Origin: a cyanobacterium endosymbiont of Braarudosphaera bigelowii
GTDB lineage: Bacteria > Cyanobacteriota > Cyanobacteriia > Cyanobacteriales > Microcystaceae
Reading direction: 5' to 3'
Assembly: GCF_020885515.1 (NCBI RefSeq)
Contig: NZ_AP024987.1
Coordinates: 750,001 to 782,000 of the forward strand
Length of the DNA stretch: 32,000 nucleotides
Position numbers and translations under genes: made by a program. This document shows, piece after piece, positions 28,601-32,000 of this stretch. Each line of letters opens with the position of its first letter. Position 1 is the first letter of the stretch. Under the pieces are notes generated by a model. It did not search any database. It was given only the letters and a program-made list of their open reading frames with translations, and was not told the DNA's origin.

Positions 28601-29674
28601 AAATATCCAGAAACTATTGCATGTGTACTCTGGGGAACAGATAATATTAAAACATATGGAGAATCTTTAGCTCAAATTATGTGGATGGTGGGAGTTAAAC
28701 CCCTCCCAGATTCTCTAGGAAGAATTAATAAATTGGAGTTAATATCTCTTGAAGATTTGGGGAGACCTCGCATTGATGTTGTTGTAAATTGTTCCGGCGT
28801 ATTTCGTGATCTTTTTATTAACCAAATGAATTTATTAGATCAGGCTGTTAAAATGGCAGCAGAAGCTGATGAACCTTTGGAAATGAACTATATACGTAAG
28901 CATGCATTAGAACAGGCTGCAGAAATGGATATTAATGTTAGAGAAGCAGCAACTCGTATTTTTTCGAATGCATCTGGCTCTTATTCTTCTAATGTTAATT
29001 TAGCAGTAGAAAACAGTAGCTGGGAAAAAGAAGAAGAACTACAAAACATGTATCTAAATAGAAAAAGCTTTTCTTTTGATTCAAATAATCCTGGCATTAT
29101 GAAAGATAATAGAAAAATATTTGAATCTGCTTTAAAAACAGCTAGTGCAACTTTTCAAAATTTAGACTCTTCAGAAGTTAGCTTAACAGACGTTTCTCAT
29201 TATTTTGATTCTGATCCAACAAAAATTGTAGCTAGTCTAAGAGAAGATGGAAAACAACCTGCAGCTTATATAGCTGATACAACAACTGCTAATGCACAGG
29301 TACGTACTCTATCTGAAACTGTTCGATTAGATACGCGGACTAAACTATTAAATCCAAAATGGTATGAAGGCATGTTATCTCATGGTTATGAGGGTGTTAG
29401 AGAAATTTCAAAACGTTTAGTAAATACTATGGGATGGTCTGCTACTGCCAATGCAGTCGATAATTGGGTATATGAAGATGCAAATACTACATTTATTGAA
29501 GATGAAGAAATGTGTAAACGTTTAATGGATCTAAATCCTAATTCTTTTCGTAAAATGGTTAGTACCTTGTTAGAAGTTAACGGTAGGGGCTATTGGGAAA
29601 CATCTGATAATAATTTAGAACGATTACAAGAATTATATCAACAAGCTGAAGACAGGATTGAAGGAATAGACTAA
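25676..29674 (+). CDS. chlH: Magnesium-protoporphyrin IX chelatase, H subunit
   Basis: About 1330 aa. It begins [15 protein letters not shown]...[15 protein letters not shown] as in cyanobacterial ChlH and carries the CobN/ChlH core ([44 protein letters not shown]). I place the start at ATG 25676, preceded by AGGAG at 25660-25664, rather than the track's GTG 25667. Confidence 0.95.
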   Translation: MFTHVKSTIRHITPETINGRSLLKVVYVVLEPQYQSSISAAVRNINSNNSKIAIEVSGYLIEELRDPENYKQFQKDVEQANLFIASLIFIEDLADKVVETVLPFRDKLDAIVVFPSMPQVMRLNKLGSFSMSQLGQSKSMVSQFMRKRQQNSGTGFQDAMLKLLRTLPQVLKYLPVEKAQDARNFMLSFQYWLAGSSENLENFLVMLAHKYSFPNLFKDEVISYKDPLVYPDIGIWHPLSLKMFEDITSYLQWYDMRTDISDDLKKSTTPCIGLVLQRTHLVTKDDAHYVAMVQELESMGVRVIPVFAGGLDFSKPIEAYFWNRSTDNSNNIKTPIVDTIVSLTGFALVGGPARQDHPRAIDALKSLNCPYMCVLPLVFQTTEEWEDSDLGLHPIQVALQIAIPELDGAIEPIILSGRDGNTGRSIALQDRIETVAQRAVKWANLKKKVKEDKKIAITIFSFPPDKGNIGSAAYLDVFSSIYEVLKALKDKGYNLLELPDSPKALMNAIIQDAQAQYASPELNVAYRMSVEEYEKLTPYSTRLEENWGAPPGNLNSDGQSLLIYGKHFGNVFIGVQPTFGYEGDPMRLLFSRSASPHHGFAAYYTYLNEVWQADAVLHFGTHGSLEFMPGKQMGMSGDCYPDTLIGNIPNLYYYAANNPSEATIAKRRSYAETISYLTPPAENAGLYKGLKELNELIGSYQTLKDTSRGIQIVNTVMDQCRLVNLDKDIHLPEIDAKEMTAEEKDNIIGIVYSKLMEIESRLLPCGLHIIGKPPTGEEVVATLVNIASLDREEEEIISLPRLIAESIKRDIKDIYYNNDIGKLEDVELLQKIVLATREAVASMVKARINEEGRVNLISKLDILKITQKTPWVNTLEDLGYSKINKSSLKLLFGYLESCLEKLCASYELESLLKGLEGEYVLPGPGGDIVRNPDVLPTGKNIHALDPQSIPTLAAVKSAKIVVDALLKRQKIDNGDKYPETIACVLWGTDNIKTYGESLAQIMWMVGVKPLPDSLGRINKLELISLEDLGRPRIDVVVNCSGVFRDLFINQMNLLDQAVKMAAEADEPLEMNYIRKHALEQAAEMDINVREAATRIFSNASGSYSSNVNLAVENSSWEKEEELQNMYLNRKSFSFDSNNPGIMKDNRKIFESALKTASATFQNLDSSEVSLTDVSHYFDSDPTKIVASLREDGKQPAAYIADTTTANAQVRTLSETVRLDTRTKLLNPKWYEGMLSHGYEGVREISKRLVNTMGWSATANAVDNWVYEDANTTFIEDEEMCKRLMDLNPNSFRKMVSTLLEVNGRGYWETSDNNLERLQELYQQAEDRIEGID

Positions 29675-29836
29675 AAATGTATAAATTCTAGCTTGAGAAA
29701 AGCTGTAAGTAATAATAAAAGTTTTAGTACTTATCTTATGGCTGGAAACAAAACTAAGCATATAATATATGCAAAATTAGATTTGAATCACTGTACTTAG
29801 GAATTTTAATAACTTCTTGTCTACCGATATATTCTA

Positions 29837-29877
29837 TTATTAATTGTGGAGAATAAAATATTCTTTACAATTAATAA
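29837..29877 (+). promoter_or_regulatory. 19-bp hairpin (17 Watson-Crick + 2 G-U, AAA loop) ending 18 nt upstream of the pgi start codon
   Basis: TTATTAATTGTGGAGAATA (29837-29855), loop AAA, TATTCTTTACAATTAATAA (29859-29877); I checked the pairing base by base. There is no obvious Shine-Dalgarno between it and ATG 29896. It could be a pgi leader element or a distal chlH terminator. Confidence 0.3.
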
Positions 29878-29895
29878 GTTTGTGTAGTACTTTCT

Positions 29896-31476
29896 ATGAA
29901 TAAACAAGAACTGTGGCAACGTTATCAAAGCTGGCTGTACTATCATAATGGATTAGGAATATATCTTGATATCAGTCGAATGAGATTCAGTCAAGATTTT
30001 GTTGATCAACTTAATCCAAAGTTCAATAAAGCTTTTCAAGATATGGAATCTTTAGAAAGTGGAAAAATTTCTAATCCTGACGAAAAAAGAATGGTTGGAC
30101 ATTATTGGTTAAGAGCTCCAGAACTAGCCCCTAATGATGAAGTAAGAAAAGAAATTACTGAACCTTTGATTAGAATTAAACAATTCGTTGAAAAAATTCA
30201 TCAAGGTACTATTAAACCGCCGTCAGCAGATAAGTTTACTGATATACTTTGCGTAGGTATCGGAGGCTCAGCGTTAGGACCTCAATTTGTATCAGAGGCG
30301 CTATCTCCTGACAAACCATCTATGTTTATTCACTTCATTGATAATACAGATCCAGAGGGAATAGATAAAACCATTTATAAAATTGGTGAACGTCTTAAAA
30401 GCACTTTGGTAATTGTTACTACTAAATCTGGGAAGACGCCTGAAACTCGAAATGGGATGTTGGAAGTTGAACGTGCCTATAAAATGAAAGGCCTGAAATT
30501 TGAATCCCATGCTGTTGCAGTTACTATGCCAGGTAGTATCATGGATGAGCTAGCAAGTAAATGGCTCGAAAGGTTTCCTATGCAAGATTGGGTAGGGGGA
30601 AGAACCTCTGAATTATCTGCTGTTGGTTTATTACCCGCTGCTTTACAAGGAATTGACATTGATGAAATGTTAATTGGAGCTAAAGAAATGGACGAAGCTA
30701 CTAGGGTAAAATCTTTAAAAGATAATCCTTCTGCGTTACTAGCTTTAGCTTGGTATTTTTCTGGAAACGGCAAGGGAGAGAAGGATATGGTTGTTCTTCC
30801 ATATAAGGATAGTTTACTTCTTTTTAGCCGCTATTTACAACAACTAGTAATGGAATCTCTAGGTAAAGAAAAAGATCTTGACGGAAATATAGTTCATCAG
30901 GGTATTGCTGTATATGGCAATAAAGGATCTACAGATCAACATGCATATGTTCAACAACTTAGGGATGGAGTCTCTAATTTTTTTGCTACTTTTATTGAGG
31001 TGCTTAAGGATGGACAGAATCATCCTTTAGAATTAGAACCTGGAGTAACATCAGGTGATTATTTATCTGTTTTTTTACAAGGAACTAGACAAGCATTGTA
31101 TGAAAACAAAAGAGATTCTATTACAATAACCATACCTGAAGTGAAGCCTCGTACGATAGGGGCTTTAATTGCTATGTATGAAAGAACAATTAGCTTTTAT
31201 GCCTCTTTAGTGAATATTAATGCTTACCATCAGCCTGGAGTAGAGGCAGGCAAACAAATGGCTGCTTCAATATTGGATCTACAGACTAAAGTACAAACAG
31301 TAATGAAACAAACAACTGGAAAGATAAATATTGAGACTTTAGCATTACAGACAGGGTATCCTGAAGAAGTGGAGGCAGTCTATAAAATTGTTCGTCATCT
31401 TGCAGCAAATAACCGTAATATTGTCCTAGAAGGAGACTTCTCTAATTTATTAAGTTTAGAGGTTTCAGCAATTTAA
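29896..31476 (+). CDS. pgi: Glucose-6-phosphate isomerase
   Basis: 526 aa, cyanobacterial-type PGI: [57 protein letters not shown] and [13 protein letters not shown]. Confidence 0.95.
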   Translation: MNKQELWQRYQSWLYYHNGLGIYLDISRMRFSQDFVDQLNPKFNKAFQDMESLESGKISNPDEKRMVGHYWLRAPELAPNDEVRKEITEPLIRIKQFVEKIHQGTIKPPSADKFTDILCVGIGGSALGPQFVSEALSPDKPSMFIHFIDNTDPEGIDKTIYKIGERLKSTLVIVTTKSGKTPETRNGMLEVERAYKMKGLKFESHAVAVTMPGSIMDELASKWLERFPMQDWVGGRTSELSAVGLLPAALQGIDIDEMLIGAKEMDEATRVKSLKDNPSALLALAWYFSGNGKGEKDMVVLPYKDSLLLFSRYLQQLVMESLGKEKDLDGNIVHQGIAVYGNKGSTDQHAYVQQLRDGVSNFFATFIEVLKDGQNHPLELEPGVTSGDYLSVFLQGTRQALYENKRDSITITIPEVKPRTIGALIAMYERTISFYASLVNINAYHQPGVEAGKQMAASILDLQTKVQTVMKQTTGKINIETLALQTGYPEEVEAVYKIVRHLAANNRNIVLEGDFSNLLSLEVSAI

Positions 31477-31520
31477 CTATTTGGGTGGGTATAGCCCACC
31501 CAAATAGTTAAATTATTTTA
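31470..31520 (+). terminator. Rho-independent terminator of pgi: 20-bp perfect hairpin overlapping the stop codon (may also act on the convergent lpxC)
   Basis: AATTTAACTATTTGGGTGGG (31470-31489), loop TATAG, CCCACCCAAATAGTTAAATT (31495-31514), then ATTTTA. The pgi TAA (31474-31476) lies inside the 5' arm. The lpxC stop is 73 nt to the right. Confidence 0.75.
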
Positions 31521-31586
31521 GGGACTGTAAATATTTGGTTTAATAAACACATAATTAAACATATCTGAACTTACTTGCTTAATATA

Positions 31587-32000
31587 TTACTGATTAATTT
31601 GAGCTATTTTTTGTGCTAATTGAACATGGAGCTTATGACTAGCTTTATACGCTATAAAATGAGCTCGAGGTATAAATCCTAGTAAACTAAGATCTCCTAC
31701 TAAGTCTAATAATTTATGTCGTACAGGCTCATCACTAAATCTTAGGGGAGGATTTATCCAATCTTGGTGATTGCAAATTAATGCATTTTCAAAGCTTCCT
31801 CCTTTAATTAATCCAGCTTGTCTTAAATTATCAATTTGATCAATAAAACCAAACGTTCTTGCAGGGGCAATAAAATCAATAAAAGGTTCTTCCTTAGGAT
31901 TCCAACTAGCCCATTGATTTCCAATAACCTTATAAATAAAGTTGATTCCGTAAGTAAAACATATCTCTGGTGCAGGAATCGCTGCAACAAAAGCATCTTT
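31587..32000 (-). CDS. lpxC: UDP-3-O-acyl-N-acetylglucosamine deacetylase LpxC, C-terminal part (5' end beyond the window)
   Basis: Absent from the ORF track because it is edge-truncated. My minus-strand translation of 138 codons is ...[93 protein letters not shown], with stop TAA at 31589-31587. The ARTFGF...GL.KGGS..NA...E.VRHK.LD..GDL.L.G....A.KA.H.LH pattern is the LpxC C-terminal signature. Confidence 0.8.
   Translation of the reverse strand, partial: KDAFVAAIPAPEICFTYGINFIYKVIGNQWASWNPKEEPFIDFIAPARTFGFIDQIDNLRQAGLIKGGSFENALICNHQDWINPPLRFSDEPVRHKLLDLVGDLSLLGFIPRAHFIAYKASHKLHVQLAQKIAQINQ

Noticed and set aside
30301-30773. Two antisense ORFs (69 and 98 aa) inside pgi
   Set aside because: Both lie within the conserved pgi frame on the opposite strand and have no motifs.
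1-32000. CRISPR arrays, tandem repeats, IS elements, integrases and defence islands
   Set aside because: I saw no regularly spaced direct repeats, no transposase, integrase or reverse-transcriptase-like ORFs, and no compositionally aberrant segment. Every ORF of 100 aa or more that is not an embedded antisense or alternate-frame artefact is accounted for by a housekeeping family or a conserved hypothetical.

Overview
The window is an AT-rich (about 30% G+C by eye; spacers lower) stretch of cyanobacterial core chromosome. I support 19 complete protein genes, 2 edge-truncated genes absent from the ORF track (MinC-like at the left edge, LpxC at the right edge) and one tRNA-Trp(CCA). The genes are housekeeping: gor, ycf4, a lipoprotein cyclophilin, ppk, plsY, a cyanobacterial coiled-coil hypothetical, a GT4 glycosyltransferase, a fused double-NBD ABC ATPase, a secreted TPR protein, a FetB/UPF0014-type permease, an HpnB-like GT2, rplS, cobO, glmS, rnc, Fd-GOGAT, chlH and pgi. 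The proteins look like unicellular Chroococcales-type cyanobacteria. Low GC with 350-570 bp AT-rich spacers suggests a reduced genome such as UCYN-A (Candidatus Atelocyanobacterium), but that is an unverified guess. I found no CRISPR array, transposase, integrase, phage, toxin-antitoxin, restriction or other defence genes, no tandem repeats and no GC-anomalous island. I therefore do not claim a novel multi-gene system. The leads worth a second look are small: (1) a promoter-like element plus an 18-bp perfect hairpin (candidate sRNA) at 11.6 kb; (2) a ~110-nt element closed by a 14+7 bp stem between glmS and rnc, a possible RNase III substrate; (3) an AATACT/AGTATT hexamer cluster in the same spacer; (4) a 19-bp hairpin just upstream of pgi and a 20-bp perfect hairpin overlapping its stop codon; (5) a terminator-like hairpin 22 nt upstream of minC; (6) the coiled-coil hypothetical upstream of plsY, which has a Walker-B-like IIIDEAEE motif; (7) orphan transporter parts, namely a Dpp-type ATPase with a ~35-45 aa insertion and a FetB-like permease tightly linked to the HpnB-like GT. 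All antisense and alternate-frame ORFs in the track look spurious.
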